A DNA stretch of 64,000 nt, taken from Torpedo marmorata (lineage: Eukaryota). Positions 25,483-38,407 of the stretch are shown here, piece by piece. The notes under the pieces are model-generated. The model was given only the letters and a program-made list of their open reading frames with translations, was not told where the DNA came from and did not search any database. Both the position numbers and the translations under genes were made by a program. The stretch is from contig OZ360228.1 of NCBI GenBank assembly GCA_977017645.1, positions 49,228,001-49,292,000 of the forward strand, given 5' to 3'. Each line of letters begins with the position of its first letter. Within the stretch, counting starts at the first letter, position 1.

Positions 25483-27004
25483 GACCATGAGTATTAGAAG
25501 CAGAAAAGAAAGCACCTACCCCATCACCTTGCCATCTGAATTCCCATGCTGACCCTTTGTACTTTTTTGAATCTGCATGCTATTTGCAGTCTGCAGTAGT
25601 AATCATTTGTATGGGAGTGTAAATAATTTTAGCAGAGAAATCCAGCAATTGTGTACGATGTTTCCCAATGTTAGCAACACTTACTGCAGCTTTAAATAAT
25701 TTGAAATTAATTTCAGTTGGCAAACTTAAAAAGGCTTGCAGGCAACTACAGTGGTAGTTGGAAGAAACAATTTGTTGGCATTTAAGACTGAACAAACAAC
25801 AAAAATAGATCTCGATTCTGAGGTAAAACCTAGAGGGATTTAAATTCTGTTGAGTGGTGATTTTTAATTAACAGGTAAGGAACTCGTGTACTAGTCTAAT
25901 AGATTTGTTTATTTTAAAATGGCTGACTTAATTAAAATACCACACAGAAGAAATTTGTCCAAGTGGTTTAATCAGTACAGCCAAATATTATTTGGTATAA
26001 AATTAATCTTTAAAGCATGCAAAAAAATCATTGTATGGTCATGAAAAGAATATCTGTCTAAACACTATCATAGTCAAGCATAATCATTAGTAGATATCCA
26101 TTAAAGCAATGATCTGTCCAAGCTTACATAAAAAGGCCAGCCATGGTACCGTGAGTACCCAAAGAAGCATAATATTACAATAGAAAAGGACGACAAACTT
26201 AAATCTGTGTAATGCAAAAGATATTATGGATGACTAAATTAAGTTTGAAGTACAGTTGGAATTGATTTGAAATTGATATGAAAAAATGGTTACAATTATG
26301 CATAACAATTTTGAAGTTATATAACTAGGACTCAGAAATTATTTATATCTTGCAATCACATGGGAATTCCCATTATAAAATATGTGATTTATGTCTTAGT
26401 ATCTGTAAAACATTCACTGTCCAGTCATTATACTGATAGTGCTGATGTGCTCCTAAATGCTATTCAAAAACAATTTTATCTGCACATCAATTGTCAGTAC
26501 CTGAAGAGATAACTACCGTACATATTCTATGGTGTTAAATGTAAAATACTAGACCCTTTCAGATTAATTCTTGAACAAAATGCATCCAAATTGCCACATT
26601 GACAATAGTTGAGGTTGTCATGGCAACTTGCTTTTTGTGTGATTCTTGGATATAAAATGCTGTACACAATTGTTCCTATGAATTTCTGCATCAGCCTTTA
26701 TTGGCATTATACACTGACATAGATTTCCTGAAGTGGGGGACTTACAGCTATTACTGGACTAAAAGTCCCTCACCATAATTCAGTTCGTGAGGCAGCTGGA
26801 AGTTTCATCCAAGTGATGAAAGGGATGGAAAAAATGGCAATTGCTAAAGGTTACCATGGTGACAAAAAGCAACCATTCAAGCAACATGCTGTGGCCAGCA
26901 CTATTATTGAGAATGGTATTTTGAGGGCAACAAAACTGAGATTAAGTCTTATAGCTAAATTTCCATTTTTGTTCATTGCACTAAACTTTGAGCTTTGCTA
27001 CTCA

Positions 27005-28435
27005 ATGGAATGTTCACGGACATTTTCAACCTCTCATTGCAGCAGTCAGAGGTTCCCACCTGCTTCAAAAGGGCATCAATCATCCCGGTACCCAAGAAGA
27101 GTAGTGTGGGCTGCCTCAACGACTACCGTCCAGTAGCATTAACTTCTACTGTGATGAAATGCTTTGAGAGGCTGGTCATAGCCAGAATTAACACGTACCT
27201 AAGCAAAGATCTGGACCCACTGCAATTCGCCTATCGCCACAATTGCTCCACAGCAGATGCAATATCGCTGGCTCTCCACTCAGCTCTGGATCACCTCGAA
27301 AACAGCAATTCATACATACGGCTGCTCTTCATCGACTACAGCTCAGCCTTCAATACCATTATTCCCTCAGTGCTGGTCAAGAAACTACAAACTCTAGGCC
27401 ACTGTACCCCCCTCTGCAACTGGATCCTTGACTTTCTCATCGGAAGACCACAGTCAGTACGAATTGGAAACAACGTCTCCTCCTCACTGATTATCAATAC
27501 AGGCGCACCCCAAGGATGCGTGCTTAGTCCACTGCTCTACTCGTTATACACCCATGAATGTGTGGCCAGTCACAATTCCAATGCCATCTACAAGTTTGCC
27601 GATGACACCACAGTTGTCAGCAGAATCACAAACGGCAATGAGGAAGCGTACAGGAGGGAGATAGATCAGCTCGTTGAATGGTGTAATGGCAACAACCTTG
27701 AGCTCAACGTCAGCAAAACCAAGGAGATGATTGTGGACTTCAGGAGGAAGTCAGGGGAACACGACCCAGTCCTCATCGAGGGCTCAGTCGTGGAGAGGGT
27801 CATGAACTTCAAATTCCTGGGTGTCAACATCTCCGAGGATCTGTCCTGGAGCATCCACATTGATGCAATCACAAAGAAGGCTCGTCAGCGGCTATACTTT
27901 GTGAGGTGTCTGCGGAGATTCGGTATGTCACCAAAGACTCTCGTAAACCTCTACAGGTGTACCGTGGAGAGCATTCTGGCTGGTTGCATCACTGCCTGGT
28001 ATGGAGGCACCAACTCTCAGGACAAGAATAAACTCCAGAGGGTTGTTAACTCGGCCTGTGACATCACAGGCACCAAACTTCACTCCATCGAGGACATCTA
28101 CATGAGGCGGTGTCTTAAAAAAGCAGCCTCTATCCTCAAGGACCCCCACCACCCAGGCCATGCTCTCTTCACTCTGCTTCCATCGGGAAAAAGGTACAGG
28201 AGCCTAAAGACGAGCACTCAACGGCACAAGGACAGCTTCTTCCCCGCTGCCATCAGATTCCTGAATAATCAATGAACCAAAGACACTGCCTTACTTTTCG
28301 TGCACTATTGTTTATAATTTTGTATAGTAATGTCGTTAGATGGTTAATATGAATGTTAATTGCACTATGATGCTGCTGCAAAAACACCGAATTTCATGAC
28401 TTGTTCATGACAATAAATTCTGATTCTGATTCTGA
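27005..28435 (+). mobile_element. Rex1/Babar LINE, 5'-truncated, RT region still open
   Basis: 426-aa ORF 26995..28275 with [28 protein letters not shown]; AATAAA then (TTCTGA)n tail. Confidence 0.95.
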
Positions 28436-30248
28436 TGTTTAATATGATACCACACAAGAACAATAAAAAGCAATCATGTGCATTAAAAAGGAGGATCTTT
28501 AATGTAGGAACTGAATAAAGGCTGACAACAGCTTTAATTCAGTTCCTGTTCTAAAGATTCTAATTTTTTCATTAATAAAGTTGTTTTGTACTGCATTTGG
28601 ATATGCTTTTAAAGAACCTGTCAGACTTTTAGTATTAATTTATTCTTGAACACTGGTTTTAAAATAATCAGGATCAGGAACAAGATATTTGCAAAAATGT
28701 TCTTTTTTGTTCTCTCGCTACAACAGATGTAAAAACTCAAAAACAATGCCTGTTAATATTAATGAAATCCAAAGTACTGCACTCTTGTGTCTCACTGCTG
28801 AAAAATAAATGTCATGCCCCAGCATGAGTCACGTGACATCACTTGTGCAACAATGACAATCAATTCACTCCCACATGATACTCAGCCTTCTACTGACTCT
28901 TACTCTCCATTAAACCATGAAAATACCAAAGGATTGACTAGAATATTCTGGATTCTCAGTGAGCATAATCTTGACAAAACAAGAAGACGTATTCATGACT
29001 TTATATAGACAGTGGTATGCATCCTCGAGTCTCAGAGACACTTTATAGCTTCTACGTATTGTGGTTTATATTTTTTCACACGCTCTATAATATATTTCTG
29101 TTTGTTTTATCTTGAAAGTAATTGTATGGCTCACGATATTGGTAGATTTTACAGTTTCTTTGGACTCAGAAAAATTGTTAATTAGTTTCTGAAAATTCAG
29201 AACATTCCAGTTCATTCTTTAATCTTTACATCTTGTTTCATAAAGTATATCTTTGCCTTTGTCAAATACTTTGGCATAAATTTTATTAAATGTTTGTAAA
29301 GATATTAACAAAAAAAGTACCAATGTGATCCAGCAAATGAAATCAAAATCTCATTTTTCAAGGATGCTTCTGATTCTTAATTTTTTCTTCCTTGTTTTTA
29401 AAAAAAGTTCCTCAAAGTTCATTGTTCCTCAAAAGCTCATTTTTAATAACTTCAAAAATCAAGTTGTTTGTATCTGACCTCCTTATATGATAAACACCAA
29501 CTAATTGTTATCAGATATTTAATCAGCATGATTTAGTACCACGCTGGGACATCTATTTTACACACTGACTCATTGGTGTTTTCTACTCAAGCCATTTTTC
29601 TAATGGTGATTAAAGCACATTTATGAAGAAACAGCTGTGAAATAGGGCATATTTCCATTGCTGAGAGACTAGCAAATTAGATCACAATGTAATTTTCTCA
29701 TACTTACAGATGTTAAAAACATGCCTATTACTATTCTATTTGCAGTTTAAAGTTCATACTTCATTTTAAAGTGTGTTTATCGAGTAATCTAAATCAACTT
29801 TTTCTGAGCTAACTTTGTCACCCTTAAATCTTTTTTAGTCTGACTTGTGCTAGTTTCTTTATTAGATCAGAACGCAAAATATGAAAAATTCTCTGGCTAC
29901 AATTATCTGCAGCAGGAACAGCATAAATGAGCAATGCCTATTCACAGTGCATTAAAGAAACATTACTTTCAGGCCAGAATTGCAAACTAAAAGTTATTCT
30001 GTACAACAGAAAGGAATTTTTTCATGACTGGAGTTTCCTCAGGTCAAATATGTAAAAATAGAGATTTTATTGTCTGAAAAACCTTGCCAAGGTCCAGGCT
30101 GATCTGCATTTATGCTGTACTGTGGCTCAGTGCACCTATTAGCAATGGTCGCAATATCGGTTTCACAGGTAATTGATCTGGTCCGGCTCTGATGTGGATA
30201 TTTTGTTGCCAGGAGCATTTCTCCGTCATTATATTGCTACAATGCTCT

Positions 30249-30519
30249 ATTTATTTTTTTTATTTAAAATTTTTAATATGTAGCCATACAGCACAGTAAC
30301 AGGCCCGACCAGCCCTCAAGCACATGCCACCCAAATACGCCAAATTAACCTACAACCCCTGTACGTTTTGAAGTGTGGGAGGAAACTGGAGCACCCGGAG
30401 AAAACCCACGCAGACATGGGGAAAATGTTAAAACTCCTTACAGACAGCGCCGCATTCGAACTCAGATCGCTGGCGCTGTAATAGCGTTGTGCTAACCGCT
30501 ACGCTACCCATGCCATCCC
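30249..30519 (-). mobile_element. Full-length tRNA-derived V-SINE
   Basis: Minus strand has A box TAGCGTAGCGG, B box GAGTTCGAATGC, V-core GCGTGGGTTTTCTCCGGGTGCTCCAGTTTCCTCCCA, CR1-like tail (GGGCCTGTTACTGTGCTGTA) and an A-rich end. Confidence 0.9.
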
Positions 30520-30687
30520 ATGTTACTGAAGTATTGCACAACATATCACATTTCACCATTTCAGTCAGAGGTCTGGAGGAATTTTCTGGTTTGCTTTGGT
30601 TTGTCCAGCTAAATTAACAAAATCAATTAGCAAACCTATAAATGGAGCACCACAGTAATACACTTGATTGAATCAAAGTGGGTCAGT

Positions 30688-31020
30688 CTCAAGTTCAGGT
30701 TTATTGTCCCACGTACTAAGGTGCAGTGAGAACGTTTGTTTTGCGAGCAGTCCAACAAGACATCACATACATAATACAGCAAGTGAGACTAAGCACAGAA
30801 GTGCAGAGTTACACAGAGAGATCAGTTGACAGCATAATTTTACTATATGAGGTTCATTTGGGAGTGTGATCATGGCGGGAGAGAAACTGTCCCTCAAACT
30901 GATGGGGTGAGTGATCTCTTACTGGAGAATGGGAGGCGGTTGAAGAGAGTGCGAGCAGGATGTGGTGAGTCGTTCGATATGTTGGCTGCTTTTCCAAACA
31001 GTCTGGAGTTGGACTGACTT
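30688..31020 (-). mobile_element. Old Rex1/Babar-like 3' fragment
   Basis: Tail caagttcaggtttattgtc and degenerate ORF-end motifs resembling other Rex tails in the window. Confidence 0.5.
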
Positions 31021-31299
31021 CCTGATTGTGTCCAAAACATTCATGATCAGATCCACTAATGTAACTCCACTGTTCTTCTCTGACCACTGCTAACTGTCAC
31101 CTCCTGGAAGACCAGAAGGCTGTGTTGGGAATATGTGTGATGTCGTCAAAAATCATCAAAGAACTTAATAGGAATTATGCAGTTTGGAGAACCATGAAAT
31201 TTCTCTTTGCTTCCCTGATGCCATGGATGGTACCAACTAAACCCACCTTCAGGAGTTTCTTCTTCCTCAAAAGTTTTCAGAAAGCAAGATAGAGTAGGA

Positions 31300-31780
31300 G
31301 AAACTATTCATGGGAATGCCACCAGGACTTGCAGGTTTGAATTATAAGAAGAGTCTGCATAGGTTGCGACTTTTCTCCTTGGAGTATAGAAGTCTGGAGG
31401 AGAATCTTAGAGGTTTATAAAATCATGAGGGGCAGAGTTAAGGTCATAGTCTTTTACCCAGGATAGGGGAATCTAAAACTAAAGGGCATAGATTTAAGAA
31501 GAGAGGGGGAAGACTTAAGATTTAAAAGAGACCTGAGAGGCACCTTTTCCATGCAGAGGGTGGTGGGTATATGGAAAGATCAGCCAGAAGAAGTGATGAA
31601 GGCAGATACAATTGTAACATTTAAAAGACATTTAGACAGGTACCTGGATAGGAAACGTTTAGAGGGGGATCCCTTTGGCCAAACGAGGGCAAATGGAACT
31701 TGTTTAGATAGACAACTTTGTCGGCATGGACTAGTTAGGCTGAATGACCTACAGTATCTCTGTGCTGTAAAGCTCTCTGA
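31300..31780 (+). mobile_element. Degenerate CR1 3' fragment
   Basis: QRVVGIWKD-PEEV...TFKRHLDRYLD, homologous to 23600-24040. Confidence 0.7.
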
Positions 31781-31865
31781 CTCTTTCTGTGCAATGTTAT
31801 GGTTGCAAAAGTTCCTGTCATCTTATTAAATGCATTGGTTAAATTAGAAGTATAAAAATAATATA

Positions 31866-32581
31866 CAGTAAAATCCCTGGTATCCGGCACCTACTGTGCA
31901 GGGATTGGTAGATGCTGGATAAGTGTATTTTCCAGTTGCTTGAGACTTACACTTACAATGCCTAACTAATACATCTGCATTAAGAATAAACAGTTTAAAA
32001 GATAACAATACTATACTGTACTTACACTGAACAAACTTCACTTGCATGAATATATAAACCTTAAAGCATTTTACTTTATTTTCACTCACATTATTTGAAA
32101 CTATTTAACTGTCGCTGTATTTGCAAGTTTCTCCTCCTCAACGGAGCCGCCTGAAAGACGAACAATATCATTATAGATAATTAACCCCCCCCTCCTCCAA
32201 GTTTACAGATAAAGCCTCTGACCGGGGTGATTCTTACTAAGCAGGGATAAGGAGACACTTTAAGAGAGTCACCCCAACACCGAGCGGCATCAACCAGCGC
32301 TTCATCCTGGGTGACGCCATTTTATTCAAACACAACTTTATTCAAACAGCTGCAACGAGCAAAGCACGAACAAGCCACTCTGCTGGCTGAATATTTGCTC
32401 CCATCTTCACCAAAGTTTTATGTTACTTCAGAGAACATGTACTTTTACAATTCTAAACTTGCACATTTTTTATTATTTTATCGTATTTATGTATTTACTT
32501 ATTTCTTATTTTCTGCTATTTTTTTGGCGGTTATTTAAGGCTGCCGGTTGCTTGAATTCCAGGTAACAGGGATTTTTACTG
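31866..32581. mobile_element. Tigger/pogo-like non-autonomous DNA transposon (MITE)
   Basis: TA|CAGTAAAATCCCTGGTATCCGG ... CCAGGTAACAGGGATTTTTACTG|CA imperfect TIRs; CAGT start typical of TcMar-Tigger; no transposase ORF. Confidence 0.7.
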
Positions 32582-32932
32582 CAGCATTATTCTGTAATGT
32601 TAACGATCAAGTATTTCAACAATCAACGTGGCTACTTGGAGATAAATAAACAATAAGATGCCAGTTTTTCTAAACTTGCATATTTTCAGGTAATGATTGG
32701 AAAATTTCAAATGTATCTTCATTTAAAAATAAAGGCAGTAAACAATAAACAACAGGGAAGTTAGCTTAACTTGGGCCATAAGGAAAATGTTGGAAGCTAT
32801 TGTTGAAGAGCATGTTATAGCAGAGAATTTAGAAAAATTCAAGGTAATTCAGTGAAGTCAACTTGGTGTTGTGAAAAGGAAAATATATTGGAGTTCACTG
32901 AGGAAAGAATGTGGGCTGTGATGAAAAGAAAC

Positions 32933-34708
32933 TTCAGATTTCAGATTTATTGTCAGTACATACATGACATCACATACAACCCTGAGATTCTTTTTTCTGC
33001 GGGCAAGGCAGAATTACCACTTATTGGTCGTGCAAAAAAAATGTACACAGTGTATACATGTAAACAAAGAACTGTAAACAGACAACGAATGTAAACAAAC
33101 TGACTGTGCAATACAGAGAGAACAAAAACATCAATAAATTGCACAAGCAAGAGTCCTTAAATGAGTCTCTGATTGAGTTTGTTGTTGAGGAGTCTGATGG
33201 TGGAGGGGTAGCATCTGTTCCTGAACCTGGTGGTGTGAGTCTTGTAGCACCTATACCTCTTTCCTGATGGTAGCAGCGAGAACAGAGCCTGTGCTGGGTA
33301 GTGTGGATCCTTGATGATTGCTGCTGCTCTCCGATGGCAGTGTTCCCTGTAATATTCTCGATAGTGGGAAGGGTTTTGCATGTGATGTCCTGGGCTGTGT
33401 CCACTACCTTTTGGAGGGCTTTACGCTCAGGGGTATTGGTGTCCCCATACCAGACCATGATGCAGCCAGTCAGCACACTTTCCACTACACATCTGTAGAA
33501 ATTTGCCAGGGTTTCTGGTGTCATACCAAACCTCCGCAAACCCCTGAGGAAGTAGAGGCGCTGACGTGCTTTCTTCATGATGCCATTAGTGTATTGGGTC
33601 CAGGATAGATCCTCCGAGATAGTGACTCCCAAGAACTTAAATTTGCTCACCCTCTCCACCTCTGGTCCCCCAATGATCACTGGATGTTATACCTCAGGCT
33701 TTCCCTTCCTGAAGTCAACAGTCAGCTCCTTAGTTTTGGTGACATTAAGTGCAAGGTTGTTGTTGGTGCACCATTCAGCCACGTTTTCAATCTCCCTCCT
33801 GTATGCTGACTCATCACCTTTCTTTATACAACCCTCTACCATGGTATCGTCGGCAAATTTGTAGATGGTGTTATTGTACACAGTCGTAGGTGTAAAGTGA
33901 GTAGAGCAGGGGGCTAAGAATGCAGCCCTGTGGTGCTCCGGTACTGATGTAGATTGTGGAGGAGATGTTCTTACCAATCCTCACTGATTGTGATCTGGAG
34001 TTGAGGAAATCCATGATCCAATTCCACAGAGGGGTGTTGAGTCCCAGGTCTTGGAGTTTGCTGATCAGTTTTGAGGGGATGATGGTGTTAAATGCCAAAC
34101 TGTAGTCGATAAAGAGCATCCTGATGAATGCATCTTTACTGTCCAGGTGTTCCAGGGCTTTGCATAGAGCCAGTGAGATGGCATCACCGCAGACTTGTTG
34201 CTACGATAGGCGAATTGGAACGTAACCATTTCGCCGCTCAGACAGGAGCTGATATGCTTCAACACCAGCCTTTCAAAACACTCCGTCACTGTTGATGTAA
34301 GTGCTACTGGTCGATAGTCATTAAGGCAGGTTACTATGCTCTTCTTGGGCACCGGTATGATTGACGCCTGTTTGAAACAGGTGGGTACCACTCCCTGCTG
34401 GAGTGAAATGTTGAAAATATCCGTGAATATATTGGTAAGTTGGTCAGCACAGATTTTTAATACTCGGCCAGGTACTCCGTCTGGGCCAGATGCTTTCTGC
34501 GGATTCACTCTCCTGAAGGCAGCACGCACGTCATCCTCAGATACAGACAGGATGGGATCATCAGGGGACATGGGGGTGCGGAGGGGTGGTTCTTCGCTGT
34601 TACTGTGGTCAAATCAGGCGTAGAAGGCATTGAGTTCCTCTGGGAGTGAAGCTTTTCTATCTGCTACTTCACCGGATTTGATTTTGTAGCAGGTTATGGC
34701 ATTTAGGC
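32933..34708 (-). mobile_element. Rex1/Babar LINE, 5'-truncated, frameshifted, nested in an old CR1
   Basis: ORFs 34065..34571, 33871..34119, 33687..33977, 33021..33680 tile the RT; CR1 remnants at ~32690-32930 and ~34720-35120. Confidence 0.9.
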
Positions 34709-35124
34709 ATTTTGTGCTTGTATTAGATTCTCTGAAGGCATTTGATAAAGCGCTGCATCAAAGGTTATTGTGGAAAATAGTGCAGGATATCACCTATCGG
34801 CATGAATGGATTGTCTGACTAGAAGTAAAAAAAAGAATAGCTATAAATCTCTTTCTGCTGGGGAGGATACAATGAGTATGTGCCATAGGGATCTTTTCTG
34901 GGACTCAATTGGTTACAATATGAATAATTAACCTGGATGAAAAGATCAAAGGTATGGTTGTTAAATTTACTGTTGACAGAAAGTCAGGCAGTAAAATAAT
35001 CTATGAAGAGAACATAAGGAAGCTACGAAGAGAACAGGATAGATTAAGCGCTTGAGCAAATATCTGGCAAATGTGGAATAATGTGAAATTGTCCACTTGA
35101 GTCAGAAAAATTAATAAAACATTA

Positions 35125-35918
35125 AAGTTCAAAGTTCAAACTTCAGATTTATTGTCAGCGTACATACATGGTATCACATACAACTCTGAGATTCATTTTC
35201 CTGCGTGCCACGCTAAATTTCTACTTATCAGTAATGCAAACTGTACTCAAGAAAAAAATGTATTCAAAAGAGAGAAATGTAAGCAAAGAAAGAAATGTAA
35301 ACAATCGGTGCAATACAGAAAAAAAAAATTTCAGTAATAAGTAATGTGCAAAGTAAGAGTCCTTAAATGAGTCTCTGATTGTTTGTTGTGTAGGAGTCTG
35401 ATGAGTGAATGGTAGCAACTATTCCAGAATATGGTGGTACAAGTCTTGTGGCACCTATACTTCTTTCCTGATGGCAGCAGTGAGAACAGAGCATGTCCTG
35501 GGTGGTGTGGATCCTTGATGATTGCTGCTGCAAGCACAGAGGACCGGAGAATGCTGATTCATCGGGTTGTACTTGTGCAATCAGATGACAATAAACTTGA
35601 CTTGCTCTCCGTTTGGCAGCGTTGCATGTAGATATTCTCGATGGTGGGGAGAGTTTTTCCTATGATATACTGGGCTGTGTCCATAACCTTTTGCAGGGAT
35701 TTCCGCTCAGAGGTATTGGTGCCCCCATACCAGGCCTTGATGCAGCCGGTCAGCACAATTTTTTCCACTGCACATCTGTAGAAGTTTGCCAAGGTTTCTG
35801 ATATCATACCAAACCTCTGCAAACTCCTGAAGAAGTAGAGGCACTGATGTGCTTTCCTCATGATGACTTTAGTATGTTGGGGTCCAGGAAAGTTCCTCCG
35901 AGATAGTGACTCCCAGGT
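35125..35918 (-). mobile_element. Rex1/Babar 3' fragment
   Basis: [34 protein letters not shown]; tail like 32933. Confidence 0.85.
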
Positions 35919-36479
35919 ATTACCTACAGTGATGAAAGATTGCAGAGCTTTGAAATGCAGTGCGATCTAGGTGTCCGAGTATAGAAGATCAAGAGTCTTG
36001 GGAACTCTCTTCCTCAAAGACTGATACAATCACAATCTTTGTTTTTAAAACTGAGATAGATGCTTGATAAGCAAGGGGGTAGAAAGTTACCACTGGTAGA
36101 CCAGAATACAGCATATAGGTATCAGTCAGGTTTTATAAAATGGCATTGTTGGCTTGAGGGGCTTGGTGGTCTTCTCCTAATTTGTACATCCCTTACATTC
36201 ATGTGGATTTGTTTACATGTCTAACCTATTTCAGTTAAATAGACTGCAAAAATCACACTTAATAAAGTGATTATTTACAGAGAAGAGCCATGTTAATTGA
36301 TGATGTGACAATATGGCCTATGAGTCATGTACAAATGAAGCTTTATTCTTTTGCTATTGAATAATAATTGCATAAGTGGCCAGCATAATATCAGCATTTG
36401 ATAAGTGAACATTTTCTTTAATTTTGCATGCACTATGCAACAACATTGTATGCAATAGCAAAATGCCCAGTTGACAAAT

Positions 36480-37400
36480 CGACGAAGGCATGGTGGTAGA
36501 TGCGGTATACCTGGACTTTAGCAAGGCTTTTGGCAAGGTGCCACGTGTAGGCTTGTCCAGTAGGTTAAAGCACAAGGGATCCTCACTGTGTTGGTAAAGT
36601 GGATCCAAAATTGGCTTGGTGTCAGGAGTCAGAGGGTCGTAGTGGGGGGTTATTTTTCTGTCTGGAAGTCTGTAACCACAAAGATCATTGATGGGACCTT
36701 TGTTGTTTGTCATAACTTGGATGAGAATGTAGGTAGTCTGATAAGTAAGTTTGCTGATAACATAAAAATCGGTAGAGGTGTAGGTTGCAAAGAAGGTTGT
36801 GAAAGGATACCAAGGGACATTGATCACTGGAAAGTTGGCAGGGCAGTGACAGATGGAATTTAATCCTGACAAGTTTGAGGAAATGCATTTTGGGATGATA
36901 AGGTGAGGCTGGACCTTGTGAAGACACCTTGGGATGCAAGTTCATAGATTCCTGAAAATAGCAGCACAGTTGGATAAGGTGGTAAAGATCACATTTGGCA
37001 TGTTTGCCTCATAGGCCACAGCATTGAGTACAAGGGTTGTGATATCATGTTGCAGTTGTACAAAACATTTATTAGGCCACAATTAGTGCAATGTGTTCTG
37101 TTCTGGTTGCCTCACACACAGGAAGGATGTAATAGCATAAGAAAGAGTACAGAAAAGATTCACCAGGATGTTATCTGGAATAGAGGGCTTAGATTACAAG
37201 GATTTGGCTGGGTTAATTCTTACTGGACTGGAGGAGGGTGAGGGAATGACCTGCTAGACATTATAAAGATTATGAGGGATGTCAACAGGATAAGTGGTCA
37301 GAGTTTTTCATCCAGAATCTAAAATTAGAGGGCATAGAATTAAGGTAAGAGGTAAGAAATTTAAAGGACATCTGAGGATGGTGGTTATTGGAATGAGTTG
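36480..37400 (+). mobile_element. Degenerate CR1 RT fragment
   Basis: VDAVYLDFSKAFGKVP, KWIQNWL, ISKFADNIKIG, LYKTFIRPQL. Confidence 0.75.
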
Positions 37401-38073
37401 CCATTCATTTTTAAATTCTGATATTTATTATCTGTTCCCAATTGCCCTTGAGAAAGTGGTGATGAGCTGCTTTCTTCAGTTGCTGCAGTCCTTTTGATGA
37501 AGATACACCGATAGATCCAGGATTTAGAATCAGTGACATTGAAGGACGAATATATTTCCCAGTTAGGATGGTGTGTGACTTGAAAAAGAACAGATTTTCC
37601 TTGTCCTCATTATAATTTTTGGTCAATCATGAATTTGTTTTACAAAATAGTGGTTTCAGAACACAAAGCAAAATGCACAACGACTTTAAAAAGAAACTTT
37701 GGGCAGAGTTAGAATAAAACAAGGCTCTCTCGTTGTATGAAATCTTGTTCACCTTTTTTTACAAGTACAATTGTCCCATGTGACTGTATCATCTACATGC
37801 AACAATACTATTCTCAACAATTACTAGCAATTTGGAACGGACCTAATTCTATGTCTCTGACTTTGTACTACAGCTAAGTATTTCCACCTGAGCAGCAGTA
37901 TCTCTCATATTAGAATGCACAGAGCATTGAACTTGATGAAAGGGCATATTAGCAAAATCAAAGTAAGATCAAGGTTTACAATACCAAAGATAAATACCAT
38001 ATTTGCATAAATTAAATGGAAGATATCATTGAGCCTGTGTTTCAATTCATGAAGCTCTTCCCTCTTCCAACAG

Positions 38074-38179
38074 ATGCAGATGGGAACCTGTGTCGAAGCA
38101 GCCACCTGTTGCAGGTGACTCTGTCAATGCACCGCTTCAATGTATCGTCAACAGAGCTGTTGCAGAAGCTCATCACATT
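38074..38179 (+). CDS. RASGRP1: RAS guanyl-releasing protein 1, internal coding exon (REM domain; equivalent to human exon 3), 106 bp
   Basis: Polypyrimidine tract plus CAG acceptor. Encodes [36 protein letters not shown] versus recalled human RASGRP1 [36 protein letters not shown]. Ends at U12 donor ATATCCTTT. Confidence 0.93.
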
Positions 38180-38407
38180 ATATCCTTTTGCTTTAATTAT
38201 GCTTAAGCTGCAAAGCAGGCGTTGCCACTGGAGTATAACACTGCCTGGATCATAAACAGGATGAGCAGGCAGGATGAAATTTACTTTAATGATTTGTCAA
38301 AAATCCCTTTTGTTTGTGAAGTAAAAAGTTGGAAGTATGTTCTCTCCACCTTCACCCTACCCCTTTAATGTCAACCCTTGTTCAACTAGTAGTGCTCTTC
38401 TTTCTGA

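Noticed and set aside
26135-26156. Kozak-like GCCAGCCATGG followed by GTGAGT, a possible alternative first exon of RASGRP1
   Set aside because: It would donate 8 coding nt (phase 2) while exon 38074 needs phase 1; no similarity to the RASGRP1 N-terminus.
30440-30519. tRNA gene
   Set aside because: A and B boxes are present but the head is fused to the V-core and CR1-like tail of a SINE; no complete cloverleaf.
2230-34708. Two Rex1 copies 5'-truncated at nearly the same homologous position (GTTATGGCA at ~2234 and ~34693)
   Set aside because: Only two cases, other Rex1 copies truncate elsewhere, and one junction is confounded by a SINE.
1-38073. Upstream RASGRP1 exon (…LAKGASLDDLIDSCIQSF)
   Set aside because: Not found by eye in the non-repeat stretches; probably upstream of the window, though a diverged exon could have been missed.
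38016-38255. 79-aa ORF as a standalone gene
   Set aside because: Only 38074-38179 is coding; the flanks are intron read-through.
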